DNA of 32,000 bases from an uncultured Oscillospiraceae bacterium (GTDB taxonomy: Bacteria; Bacillota; Clostridia; Oscillospirales; Acutalibacteraceae), in contig CABUFC010000002.1 of NCBI GenBank assembly GCA_902490735.1, positions 196,011 through 228,010 on the forward strand. Reading direction: 5' to 3'. The stretch's first letter is position 1. Every line of letters begins with the position of its first letter. The notes beneath the pieces are model-generated. The model made no database searches, had not been told where the DNA came from, and saw nothing but the letters and a program-made list of their open reading frames with translations. Below, in pieces: positions 9,601-17,698 of the stretch. Made by a program: the position numbers and the translations under genes.

Positions 9601-10077
9601 CAAAGCCGCTTGTTCGGCAGCGGCTAAATCGCCGTACAGAATATTCGAAGGCACTTCTCCTGCAATACAAGCGGAGAGCGCAATAAGACCTTCGTGGTAT
9701 TTTTCTAAAAGCTCTTTATCTATTCTTGGTTTTACATAAAAACCTTCGGTAAAACTAAGAGTTACCATTTTAATAAGGTTTTTATATCCTGTTTCGTTTT
9801 TGCAAAGAAGAATAAGGTGATGGTATTCCCGCGTTCCGTATTGGCGCTTTTTGTCGAATCTTGAGCTTAGCGAAACATAGCATTCGCATCCGATTATCGG
9901 TTTTACACCTTCGCGTTTTGCACGTTTGTAAAATTCCATAACTCCGTACATCACACCATGGTCGGTAATGGCAACGCTGTCCATCCCGTTTTTCTTTACA
10001 GTATTAAAAAGCCTGTCCAAACGGCAGGCCCCGTCTAAAAGACTGTATTCGCTGTGTAAATGAAGGTGTGTAAACAT
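6691..10077 (-). CDS. dnaE: DNA polymerase III alpha subunit (DnaE type)
   Basis: N-terminal PHP domain (HLHLHSEYSLLDGA). Polymerase core motifs (PDFDVDF, GLLKMDFLGL), HhH and a C-terminal OB fold. Uninterrupted 1128 aa. Confidence 0.95.
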   Translation of the reverse strand: MFTHLHLHSEYSLLDGACRLDRLFNTVKKNGMDSVAITDHGVMYGVMEFYKRAKREGVKPIIGCECYVSLSSRFDKKRQYGTREYHHLILLCKNETGYKNLIKMVTLSFTEGFYVKPRIDKELLEKYHEGLIALSACIAGEVPSNILYGDLAAAEQAALFYKNIFKDDYYLEVQRHGLREDEIIVPELKRLSEKLNIPLIATNDVHYIEKDDAAVQRVLIAIGTGKKLKDDNPLNFETDEFYFKSEQEMRELFKDMPEAVDNTEVIKNKCNLDFEFHKLKLPFFDIGPKNHFEFLKSMAEEGFKKLYNNPSKEITDRLYYELDTINSMGFTDYFLIVQDYCNYAKRKGIPVGPGRGSGAGSLVAYCIGITGIDPIKYNLIFERFLNPERVSMPDFDVDFCYERRNEVINYVVEKYGSDHVAQIITFGTLAAKAAIRDVGRVMDLPYATCDKVAKLVPNELNITIEKALAEEPELKNLYDVDNEIKELIDYSKKIEGMPRHASTHAAGVVISDKPVYNYVPLALGDGAAVTQFTMTELEELGLLKMDFLGLRNLTIIDDAVKMVKEKNPEFNIEKIPIDDTAVYNMLSNGDTVGVFQFESEGMKNLMQKLKPTSLEDLIAAISLYRPGPMQYIPKYIENRKNPQNITYISPLLKPILDVTYGCIVYQEQVMQIFRSLAGYSLGKADIVRRAMSKKKHDVLQKEKATFIEGAIKNGVKRVDAEELYDEISAFSSYAFNKSHAAAYSLIAYETAYLKCHYTKEYMAALLTSVLSSEDKIAAYSAHCDKLGINILPPSVNESRHGFTVTKDGIRFGLLAIKNLGTAVIDSIIKERQKAPFTSFYDFCSRLYGKDLNRRAIEGLIKSGALDGLLANRRQMLQSTEELLSIIEDEKKAEMSGQISFFSEGIIEAKNQFVLPDVDELDESILLSLEKESTGLYLSGHPLNKYEGYIQAINADKISDILSGKFKQNDPVTIVVLVEEMTTKITKNGNNIAFLKVQDKTGSASVTVFSKQYNEYVYTLQQNTVIKLTGRISVREDRAPEIICERIDEAKIVKLPYKKLFIKLPNKNEQDLSMITKMLNPNFGAEVIVIFEDTGKRLKCKFFADFPKDSAKYEKLCEKFGENNVKSVD

Positions 10078-10084
10078 AATACCT

Positions 10085-10975
10085 CTATATAAGATTATTC
10101 TCTTTCGCTATATTTATAAGTTTTTGCAATCTGTGGTTAAGTCCGGACCGTGAGATTTTTTCCGATGATAAAGCTGCAAGTTCTGATATCGAAGCGTCAA
10201 AATTTTCGGTTCTAAGTTTGGCTGCTTGCCTAAGTTCTATTGAAAGATCGTCTAAAATCCCGCTTTTTTTTAAAGCGTCTATTGCCCTTCGCTGTGTAAC
10301 CGAGGCATTAACTGTTTTTTCAATGTTAGCTACTGTACAGTTAGAGGTCCTGTTTTCGCGGTTGCGCATATCCTTAAGTATTTTAATATTTACAAGCTCT
10401 AAAGTTTTGTCCGCAGCACCTACGGTTGTTAAAAAATCCTCTAATATGTCACTGTCCTTAATATATACAATGGCATAGTTTTTACGACTTGTTAGTTTGC
10501 AATAAAGACCTTTTTCGTTTAAAAATTTGTTTAATTCAAAGGCAAGGGTCAAATCCGAAAGGGCAAATTCTAAATTGTAGTTTTTTTTAGGGTCGTCCAT
10601 ATAACCACACGATAAAAACATACCACGTAAAAACGCAGCCTGACAACATTCATCGTTAATATTGTGCTCTTTAATAACGGTTTTTTCGCTGCCTGAAAAA
10701 GCTTCTTTAATAATATCCGCACTGTGGTTTGGCAAAAAAGCGGTAAAAATTTCTTTTTTATTTCCGGCGCACTTTATATTTAGATTTAATTTAAACAGCC
10801 TTTTGCAGTTTTCGTTAAGGCGTGTAATTACATCTTCGCATTCGGTTACAAAAGAAAGATTCTCATGCGAAAACGAGTCGGCACCCAATAACAAACCGTA
10901 GGTTTCTGCAAACCGACAGCAGGTTTTTTCGGGTTTAGTTGCGAGCTCCGCCTTTAAATTCTTACTAAAAGACAT
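10085..10975 (-). CDS. whiA: DNA-binding sporulation/cell-division regulator WhiA
   Basis: 296 aa. LAGLIDADG-like core (AFLRGMFLSCGYM) and a C-terminal HTH (SISELAALS...SRSGLNHRLQKL). Lies downstream of rapZ. Confidence 0.9.
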   Translation of the reverse strand: MSFSKNLKAELATKPEKTCCRFAETYGLLLGADSFSHENLSFVTECEDVITRLNENCKRLFKLNLNIKCAGNKKEIFTAFLPNHSADIIKEAFSGSEKTVIKEHNINDECCQAAFLRGMFLSCGYMDDPKKNYNLEFALSDLTLAFELNKFLNEKGLYCKLTSRKNYAIVYIKDSDILEDFLTTVGAADKTLELVNIKILKDMRNRENRTSNCTVANIEKTVNASVTQRRAIDALKKSGILDDLSIELRQAAKLRTENFDASISELAALSSEKISRSGLNHRLQKLINIAKENNLI

Positions 10976-10978
10976 AAC

Positions 10979-11839
10979 TTATACTTTCTCTATATCTCTG
11001 TGTGTAACGCTAACATTAAAGCCTTTTTCTAAAAGATCTTTATAAATAATTTCGGCAAAGGTTACAGACCTGTGCTTGCCGCCCGTACAACCAACGGCAA
11101 TTACAAGCTGACTTTTACCCTCGTTGGCGTATAAAGGAACGGCGAAATTTATAAAATCGAGCATTTTTTGCGCAAATGTTTGTGATTTTTCAAAACCCAT
11201 AACAAATTCTGAAACTTCCTTAGATAAACCGGTTAGATTTCTTAAAGTATCAATATAATAAGGGTTTTCAAGGCAGCGCACATCAAAAACAAGATTTGCT
11301 TCGTTAACGTGACCAAACTTATAGCCAAATGACATTACCTGTATATTTAAGCTTTTTGTACTGCCTTCCGCAAAAATACCGATAATCTGTTTTTTTAATT
11401 GTCCTGCCGTAATTTTTGAAGTGTCAACAACATAGTCCGCCTGTTCCTTTAGTTTTTCAAGGAGAGCGCGCTCTTTTATTACAGCACGGCTTACGGTAAT
11501 GTTTTCTTTTTCGCAAAACGGATGTTTTCTTCTGGTTTCGCTGTACCGGCGAACAAGCTCATCGTTGTTGGCGTCTAAAAACAATATTTTGTAGTTGATT
11601 CCGCTTTTTTTAATTGAATCCAAAACATTATTAATATCATTAAATAATTCGCCGCCGCGTATGTCAGTTACAATTGCAACGTTGTTAAAACCGTTTTCTT
11701 CTCTTTGCGTAAGTTCAATAAATGCGGGCATTAAAAGGGGAGGAATATTATCAACACAATAAAAACCTAAATCCTCAAGCGCGCTTGCTGCGCTGGATTT
11801 TCCGGCTCCTGACATTCCTGTTACAATTATAAGTTCCAT
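10979..11839 (-). CDS. rapZ: RNase adapter / nucleotide-binding protein RapZ (YvcJ)
   Basis: Walker A at the N-terminus (VTGMSGAGKSSA), C-terminal GCTGGKHRSV motif, 286 aa. Confidence 0.9.
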   Translation of the reverse strand: MELIIVTGMSGAGKSSAASALEDLGFYCVDNIPPLLMPAFIELTQREENGFNNVAIVTDIRGGELFNDINNVLDSIKKSGINYKILFLDANNDELVRRYSETRRKHPFCEKENITVSRAVIKERALLEKLKEQADYVVDTSKITAGQLKKQIIGIFAEGSTKSLNIQVMSFGYKFGHVNEANLVFDVRCLENPYYIDTLRNLTGLSKEVSEFVMGFEKSQTFAQKMLDFINFAVPLYANEGKSQLVIAVGCTGGKHRSVTFAEIIYKDLLEKGFNVSVTHRDIEKV

Positions 11840-11841
11840 TT

Positions 11842-12735
11842 TTACCTCCCCATAAAAATAATTTCACTTTCAAGCTTAACGCTTTCTGTTAAAAAAACCT
11901 TTTCTTTTATATATTCAATAAGACGCCTAACGTCGCTTGCGGTGGCGTCGCCTGTGTTTATAATAAAACCTGCGTGCTTTTCGCTAACCATGGCTCCGCC
12001 GATTGAATATCCTTTAAGGCCGCATTTTTCAATAAGTTCACCGGCAAAATGACCTTCCGGACGCTTAAAAACACTTCCTGCAGAAGGGTATTCAAGCGGT
12101 TGCTTGGTTTTGCGCCTTAAAATAAGTTCATCCATTTCTAAACGCAGCTGGGTTTTGTCTTGCGGCTGCAAAGTGAATTCGGCGCTTAGAATAATGCCGC
12201 CATTTTCTTTAAAAATGCTATGCCTGTAGGAAAAATCCATTTCCTCTTTTGAAATATTTACGGTTTTGCCGTCATCGGTTAAATATGTGGCAGATGTAAT
12301 AACAGACGCAATCTCGCCGCCATATGCACCTGCATTCATATAAACGGCTCCGCCGATAGTTCCGGGTATTCCCCATAGGTACTGCATACCGCCAAGGCCT
12401 TCTTCGAGCGCTTCGGCGCAAACAGAGGACAGCCTGGCTCCGGAGGCGGCATAAATTTTTTGCTCTTTAGTATGTACTTCAGACATTTTTTGACCAATTT
12501 TTATTACCGCGCCTTCTATTCCAAGATCGGCTACAAGCAAATTTGAACCATTGCCGATTATTTTAAAGGGCATATCGTTTTTAACCGTTTCAATGGCAAA
12601 TTTAAGTTCCTCAGTGTTTTTGGGCTCAATAAATATATCACACGGACCGCCGATTTTAAAGGTTGTGTGATTGCACATGGGCTCGTTTTCTTTAAATTCT
12701 ATACCGTTAGTTTTAAGTTGCTCTGTAACTCCCAT
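11842..12735 (-). CDS. murB: UDP-N-acetylenolpyruvoylglucosamine reductase
   Basis: NHTTFKIGGP, GNGSNLL and GSVFKRP motifs of the FAD-binding MurB family. 297 aa. Confidence 0.92.
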   Translation of the reverse strand: MGVTEQLKTNGIEFKENEPMCNHTTFKIGGPCDIFIEPKNTEELKFAIETVKNDMPFKIIGNGSNLLVADLGIEGAVIKIGQKMSEVHTKEQKIYAASGARLSSVCAEALEEGLGGMQYLWGIPGTIGGAVYMNAGAYGGEIASVITSATYLTDDGKTVNISKEEMDFSYRHSIFKENGGIILSAEFTLQPQDKTQLRLEMDELILRRKTKQPLEYPSAGSVFKRPEGHFAGELIEKCGLKGYSIGGAMVSEKHAGFIINTGDATASDVRRLIEYIKEKVFLTESVKLESEIIFMGR

Positions 12736-12757
12736 TGATTCACCTTAAAAAACAAAA

Positions 12758-13717
12758 TTATCTTTTGTAAATATTATGCAAAAATGCGGCACCTATGATT
12801 CCCGCGTCGTTACCTAAGGTTGCTATCTTTATTTCTGTTTGCTTTTCGTTGTTTTTAGAAAAATGCTCTGCTGTTACAATCTTTTTTATTGGGTTTGTCA
12901 GTTTTTCGCCCTCTTTGGAGATACCGCCGCCTATACACAATACTTCCGGTTGAAAAATATTTATGGCGTTGGTTATTCCGCAGGCAAGATATTTTATGTA
13001 GGCGTTTATAACTTCTTTTGCGGCAATATCGTTTTTTTCTGCCGCTAAAAATGCAGTCCTTCCGCTAACATTGTTAATATCACTTTCGCAAAGCTGCCAC
13101 ATTAAACTGTCCTTGCATTCAAGCATTTTTTCTTTTGTAGCACGAATAAGGCCGGTCGCCGAGGCATACGCTTCAAAACAGCCTTTTCTGCCACAAGTGC
13201 ACTGAACGCCGTTACTTACAATTACGGTGTGACCAAGCTCTCCGCCGGCATGATTGCTTCCGGAAAAAATTTTTTTATTAATAATTATTCCGCTGCCTAC
13301 GCCCGTTCCAAGCGTTATTGCAATAAAGTTTTTAGTGCCTTTTCCGGCCCCCGCTAAAAATTCGCCGTAAGCCGCACAGTTAGCATCGTTTTCGGTATAA
13401 ATATCAAAGTTCAAATATTTGCTTAAAATAGCTCTTAAATCAACCTTGTCGAATTTTAAATTGTTAGACTGTAATATCATGCCTTTTTCCGGGTCAACCG
13501 TTCCCGGGGATCCAACACCTACGCAAGCGATATCATCAAGGGTAAGATTTGCATTATCAACAGCCATGCGCGCGGCAACACCCATGTCTTTAATTATTTC
13601 TTCAGCAGGGCGAGGACTTCTGGTTTTTATGTTGCCTTTGCCTAATATTTTGTAGTTTTCATCTACTACTCCGGCGGCGATGTTAGTACCGCCAAGATCA
13701 ATACCGATATAATACAT
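12758..13717 (-). CDS. glcK: ROK-family sugar kinase, probable glucokinase
   Basis: GIDLGGTNI ATP-binding motif and the ROK zinc motif CTCGRKGCFEAYAS. No N-terminal HTH, so it is a kinase rather than a repressor. Confidence 0.8.
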   Translation of the reverse strand: MYYIGIDLGGTNIAAGVVDENYKILGKGNIKTRSPRPAEEIIKDMGVAARMAVDNANLTLDDIACVGVGSPGTVDPEKGMILQSNNLKFDKVDLRAILSKYLNFDIYTENDANCAAYGEFLAGAGKGTKNFIAITLGTGVGSGIIINKKIFSGSNHAGGELGHTVIVSNGVQCTCGRKGCFEAYASATGLIRATKEKMLECKDSLMWQLCESDINNVSGRTAFLAAEKNDIAAKEVINAYIKYLACGITNAINIFQPEVLCIGGGISKEGEKLTNPIKKIVTAEHFSKNNEKQTEIKIATLGNDAGIIGAAFLHNIYKR

Positions 13718-13732
13718 TTTGAACCTTCTTTC

Positions 13733-14707
13733 TTAATTAAAGGGGTCGATGGGTTTTTCTTTTTCTTCTTTTTTATCTGTAAAATCTTCAGATACCCCAA
13801 GCTTGTATAACAGGTCCTCGGCAGCGTTGTATCCAAGCTTTTTCTGACGGTTGTTCATAGCCGCAACCTCGATAATTACCGCTAAATTTCTGCCGGGTTT
13901 TACAGGAATTGTAAGGGATGGAATTTTAATGTCTAAAATTTCGGTGTACTGATTTTCAATGCCAATGCGGTCGTATGTCTTGTTGGAATCCCACTGTTCG
14001 ACATTTACAACCATGTCTATTTTTTCCGTAAGTTTTACAGCACCCACACCGAAAATTCTGCTTGCGTTTATAATGCCTATACCTCTAAGCTCTATAAAGT
14101 GCCTTATGTTTTCCGGTGAAGATCCTACAAGCGATTTGTTTGAAACCTTTCTAAGCTCTACCGCGTCGTCGGCAATTAAACGGTGCCCGCGCTTTACAAG
14201 CTCAATTGCGGTTTCGCTTTTACCTACTCCGCTTTCACCAAGAAGTAATATGCCTTCGCCGTACACTTCGACAAGCACGCCGTGGCGTGTAATTCGCGGA
14301 GCCAACTGAACATTAAGGTAAGAAATAAGTGCGGACATAAAAGACGAAGTGCTGTCGTCCGTTCTTAAAATAAAAACTTCATTTTTTTGCGCGCATTCAA
14401 TAATGAACGGATCAATTACTAAGCTGCGGGAAAAAATAAGCACCTTTACACCCTGTTCCATAAAGGTTTTAACATGTTTTTCAAATACAGGGCGTTCCAT
14501 ATTCTCTAAAAAGCTGTGTTCGCTTTTGCCGATAATCTGAATTCTATCCTTGTCAAAAAACTTAAAGTAACCGGCAAGCTGAATTCCCGGTCTGTTGATT
14601 TCGGTGTTTGAAATTTCCACTTTATTAGGATCAACAGGGAAGTAGATTTTTTCCAAAGAAAATTCTTTTATTATTTTTTCCAAAGAGACGGAAAATTTAA
14701 CGTTCAT
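13733..14707 (-). CDS. hprK: HPr kinase/phosphorylase
   Basis: Walker A GESGVGKSE, then LIADD and ELRGIGI signature motifs. 324 aa. Confidence 0.93.
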   Translation of the reverse strand: MNVKFSVSLEKIIKEFSLEKIYFPVDPNKVEISNTEINRPGIQLAGYFKFFDKDRIQIIGKSEHSFLENMERPVFEKHVKTFMEQGVKVLIFSRSLVIDPFIIECAQKNEVFILRTDDSTSSFMSALISYLNVQLAPRITRHGVLVEVYGEGILLLGESGVGKSETAIELVKRGHRLIADDAVELRKVSNKSLVGSSPENIRHFIELRGIGIINASRIFGVGAVKLTEKIDMVVNVEQWDSNKTYDRIGIENQYTEILDIKIPSLTIPVKPGRNLAVIIEVAAMNNRQKKLGYNAAEDLLYKLGVSEDFTDKKEEKEKPIDPFN

Positions 14708-14739
14708 AGCCTCACCTTTAATAAAATTTAATCACAGTT

Positions 14740-14768
14740 ATTATAACTTATATTGGAAAATTTTTCAA
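14740..14768 (-). promoter_or_regulatory. Sigma-A promoter for the hprK-led array (TTGAAA-17-TATAAT)
   Basis: Minus strand reads TTGAAA (14768-14763), 17-nt spacer, TATAAT (14745-14740). About 33 nt upstream of the hprK ATG. Confidence 0.5.
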
Positions 14769-14785
14769 TAGGCACATAATATTTG

Positions 14786-14814
14786 TTGAAATTTGCTGCA
14801 AACAAAGCTATAAT
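14786..14814 (+). promoter_or_regulatory. Sigma-A promoter for ychF (TTGAAA-17-TATAAT)
   Basis: TTGAAA 14786-14791, 17-nt spacer, TATAAT 14809-14814. Divergent from the hprK promoter. Confidence 0.5.
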
Positions 14815-14840
14815 TAACTAATGACATTTTGGAGGTACTT

Positions 14841-15935
14841 ATGAAACTTGGAATCGTCGGATTGCCGAACGTTGGTAAATCCACTCTTTTTAACGCAATA
14901 ACAAACGCTGGCGCACAGTCTGCTAATTTCCCGTTTTGCACCATTGAACCGAATGTAGGAATTGTAGCTGTTCCGGATGCGCGCTTAGAAAAACTTAAAG
15001 AAATGTATCATCCGCAGAAATTTACGCCGGCTACTATAGAATTTGTCGACATTGCGGGCCTTGTTAAAGGTGCAAGCCGCGGCGAAGGGCTTGGCAATAA
15101 GTTTTTGTCTCATATAAGGGAAGTGGACGCAATTGTCCACGTTGTTCGCTGCTTTTATAACGATGATATTATTCATGTGGAGGGTTCTGTCGATCCGAAG
15201 CGCGATATTGAAATTATTGACCTTGAGCTTATTTTGTCCGACCTTGAAATGGCGCAAAAAAGGCTTGACCGCGTAAAAAAAGCCTTAAAAGGCGATAAAA
15301 AATATCAAGCAGAAGCTGATTTTTTAGAAAGGCTTATTAAACATCTTGAAAACGGCAAATCCGCAAGAAGTATGGAACTTTTTGAAAATGAAGAGGAGTA
15401 TTTTAAGGAACTTCCGCTGTTATCATATAAGCCTGTAATTTATGTATGCAACATGAGTGAAGCTGACTTTAAAGGTGGAATTGACGATAACGAAGGCTAT
15501 AATATAGTTAAGGCTATTGCCGAAAAAGAGGGTGCCAAAGCGCTGCCGATATGCGCCGAGCTTGAAGCCGAAATTGCATCGCTCGATTTAGACGAAAAAA
15601 AGCTTTTCTTAAGCGATTTAAATCTTGAAAAATCGGGACTTGATAGGCTTATTGTTGTTTGCTATGACCTTTTGGGGCTTATTTCATTTTTAACCGCAGG
15701 CGAGCCGGAGGTTAGAGCATGGACCATTAAAAAAGGCACCAAAGCACCCGCCGCCGCAGGAAAAATCCACAGCGATTTTGAAAGGGGATTTATAAGAGCA
15801 GAGGTAGTATCGTTTGATACTTTAATGGAGCTTGGCAGCATGAATGCCGTAAAAGAAAAGGGCCTACTTAGAAGTGAAGGCAAGGATTATGTTATGCAGG
15901 ATGGCGACATTGTCCTTTTCAGATTTAACGTTTAG
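14841..15935 (+). CDS. ychF: Redox-regulated ribosome-binding ATPase YchF
   Basis: ATG at 14841 is preceded by GGAGG (14831-14835); the ORF-track TTG at 14829 overlaps the RBS. MKLGIVGLPNVGKSTLFNA G1 motif and a C-terminal TGS domain ending DGDIVLFRFNV. Confidence 0.93.
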   Translation: MKLGIVGLPNVGKSTLFNAITNAGAQSANFPFCTIEPNVGIVAVPDARLEKLKEMYHPQKFTPATIEFVDIAGLVKGASRGEGLGNKFLSHIREVDAIVHVVRCFYNDDIIHVEGSVDPKRDIEIIDLELILSDLEMAQKRLDRVKKALKGDKKYQAEADFLERLIKHLENGKSARSMELFENEEEYFKELPLLSYKPVIYVCNMSEADFKGGIDDNEGYNIVKAIAEKEGAKALPICAELEAEIASLDLDEKKLFLSDLNLEKSGLDRLIVVCYDLLGLISFLTAGEPEVRAWTIKKGTKAPAAAGKIHSDFERGFIRAEVVSFDTLMELGSMNAVKEKGLLRSEGKDYVMQDGDIVLFRFNV

Positions 15936-15946
15936 CAAAAAAAGGC

Positions 15947-15975
15947 TTGATTTTAATTTGTTTATTGGCTATAAT
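15947..15975 (+). promoter_or_regulatory. Sigma-A promoter for tRNA-Leu (TTGATT-17-TATAAT)
   Basis: TTGATT 15947-15952, 17-nt spacer, TATAAT 15970-15975. 15 nt upstream of the mature tRNA 5' end. Confidence 0.55.
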
Positions 15976-15990
15976 AAATAAGTCAATTTT

Positions 15991-16077
15991 GCCGGTGTGA
16001 TGGAATTGGCAGACGTAGTGGACTCAAAATCCACCGGTGGCGACACCGTGCCGGTTCGAGTCCGGCCACCGGCACCA
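15991..16077 (+). tRNA. tRNA-Leu (anticodon CAA), class II with long variable arm, CCA encoded
   Basis: Acceptor GCCGGTG/CACCGGC. Anticodon stem GTGGA/TCCAC with loop CTCAAAA (CAA at 16025-16027). Long variable arm, T-arm GCCGG-TTCGAGT-CCGGC, and 3' ACCA. Confidence 0.93.
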
Positions 16078-16084
16078 CAGGCAG

Positions 16085-16120
16085 GGCCTGACCCGATCCG
16101 GGTCGGGCCTTGTTTTTATT
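16085..16120 (+). terminator. Rho-independent terminator after tRNA-Leu (and probably ychF)
   Basis: GGCCTGACCCG / CGGGTCGGGCC stem (one G:U pair, short loop) followed by TTGTTTTTATTT. Confidence 0.8.
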
Positions 16121-16204
16121 TATAGCCTCTACCCCGAAGCCGTTAACTTGCATTGTGAACAATCAAATCCCTTTGTTGTAAGGTACATAGCGTTTACGAT
16201 AAGT

Positions 16205-16239
16205 AAAAAAGATGCCGCAAGTTTTTTACTTGCGGCATC
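16205..16239 (-). terminator. Rho-independent terminator of the SGNH lipoprotein gene
   Basis: 12-bp stem GATGCCGCAAGT / ACTTGCGGCATC (16211-16222 / 16228-16239). The A-run at 16205-16210 gives a U-tail on the minus strand. 13 nt past the stop. Confidence 0.85.
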
Positions 16240-16251
16240 TTTGCATATTTT

Positions 16252-17628
16252 TTACTGCGTTACCATAAATCCGAGAATAGTTGCACTTGTGTCTGAGTAA
16301 AGGCTTACGGTTACCGGTTCGTTTATTTTTGAAGCCAGCATAGAGGAGGGCCAAGAATAACTGCTGTCTGTACTCGCTAAGGTTGGAACTTCTACATTTT
16401 TGCAAAAGACCAAACCGCTTTTGCCGGTTACACTTACATAAACCTTGCCTCCGCCTGATTGATATAAACACAGCAAATGAAGCGTTGATATTTTAGGTAA
16501 ATTTACAACCAGGGGTTTTGTGCCCAGCTTAAAGCCTTTAAAAGAAAAACTTTTTGCTGTCCATTCGGCGTTTTGTGCCGAACCGATATTTGATACGGTC
16601 AATTTTGTCGAATCGCTCCTGTCTAAAAGCGTAGCGGATACGTACATCCATCCGTCCGCTTTTAAGGAGAAAGTCGGAAGCGCCGCAGGCGAAGTGCTTA
16701 TGCTGCTTAACTTTTCAGCGGTGTTAGTTAAAAATGTATTTACACTCGCGGCAATTAAAGTATGTCCGTAATCATTCGGGTGCAAAGCATCTGCGCTTAT
16801 TTTTGCCCATGCGATGTGGGAGTTGTTTAATGCGTTTGCGAATGAAACCAAAGGCAGCTTATAATACTTTGCCATCTTGGTCATTTCGGAAATATCTTTA
16901 TCTGTAGTATCGCTGTTATATAACTGTATGCACACAACAGCTATGTTTTTATCGAGCATCCGTTTAATGATGCTTTCAAGCGCGTTCTGGTTTTCAACAG
17001 CAGGATTATGTATTTTCCAGTAACCTAAAAATACAATATCCGGATTTGCGCTTAACAGATGGTCATCCATTCTATGTACAATATTAACCAACGTGTTTGA
17101 CCCTATGGAAGCGTTAACGTATTTTACGTTAGCCTCACCGAATACGTCGGTCCACCAGTCCCTTATCAAGGCACCGTAACCGTTATCCGATGAGGAAGCG
17201 CCCGCACCGCCGCTTATGGAGTCGCCCAAAATGCCAACGGTTATTTTTTTGCCTTGCTTTGCTTTGCGCATAACTCTGGAAACGCGCGCTAAATCACCGG
17301 TGCCGTCCAGAGCATACTCCGGATTAAATCTTTTCATAATTGTGCTTGTAAGAGAATCTTTTATTTTCTGACGTTCATTTTTAAGCGCCGCTACAAAAGG
17401 ATCAGACGGTTGAGTTTTAGAAGAATTTTTCACCGAACTGCCTCCTTTTGACGAATTTTTGCTTGTTTTCGATGACGTTTTAGACGAACTTTCTTTGGCG
17501 GACGTTACAAGCGAGTCCGCCGGTAAAACCTCACTAATGTTATCATCCGGAATTTGTTGATTACAGCCGGTAAAAAGAAATGAAATTGTTAAAATCAAGA
17601 TAACAATGCTGTTTGTGAGTTTACGCAT
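16252..17628 (-). CDS. SGNH/GDSL-family hydrolase lipoprotein (probable esterase) with extra C-terminal beta-rich domain
   Basis: Lipobox LFTGC after the signal peptide and a Ser/Lys-rich linker. SGNH blocks GILGDSISGG (Ser), ASIGSN (Asn) and DALHPN (Asp-x-x-His). About 170 aa of unassigned C-terminal domain. Confidence 0.8.
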   Translation of the reverse strand: MRKLTNSIVILILTISFLFTGCNQQIPDDNISEVLPADSLVTSAKESSSKTSSKTSKNSSKGGSSVKNSSKTQPSDPFVAALKNERQKIKDSLTSTIMKRFNPEYALDGTGDLARVSRVMRKAKQGKKITVGILGDSISGGAGASSSDNGYGALIRDWWTDVFGEANVKYVNASIGSNTLVNIVHRMDDHLLSANPDIVFLGYWKIHNPAVENQNALESIIKRMLDKNIAVVCIQLYNSDTTDKDISEMTKMAKYYKLPLVSFANALNNSHIAWAKISADALHPNDYGHTLIAASVNTFLTNTAEKLSSISTSPAALPTFSLKADGWMYVSATLLDRSDSTKLTVSNIGSAQNAEWTAKSFSFKGFKLGTKPLVVNLPKISTLHLLCLYQSGGGKVYVSVTGKSGLVFCKNVEVPTLASTDSSYSWPSSMLASKINEPVTVSLYSDTSATILGFMVTQ

Positions 17629-17698
17629 AATAATAGCTCCTTTTTAAAAAAACCGCTCAAACCCTTAAATAATTTAGGATTCCAGCGGTTTTTATCGG

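Noticed and set aside
6691-10077. Intein, frameshift or split in dnaE.
   Set aside because: Continuous 1128-aa frame of normal DnaE length, with the PHP, polymerase core and OB regions in order.
16121-16204. About 85 nt of unassigned spacer between the two convergent terminators (possible sRNA or small ORF).
   Set aside because: No promoter-like elements, stable secondary structure or RBS-preceded ORF could be discerned. It is most simply inter-terminator spacer.
16037-16300. 87-aa plus-strand ORF (and the minus-strand ORF 16226-16471).
   Set aside because: The plus-strand ORF starts inside tRNA-Leu and runs through two rho-independent terminators into the 3' end of the SGNH gene. The minus-strand ORF is an out-of-frame overlap of the SGNH gene. 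Both are spurious.
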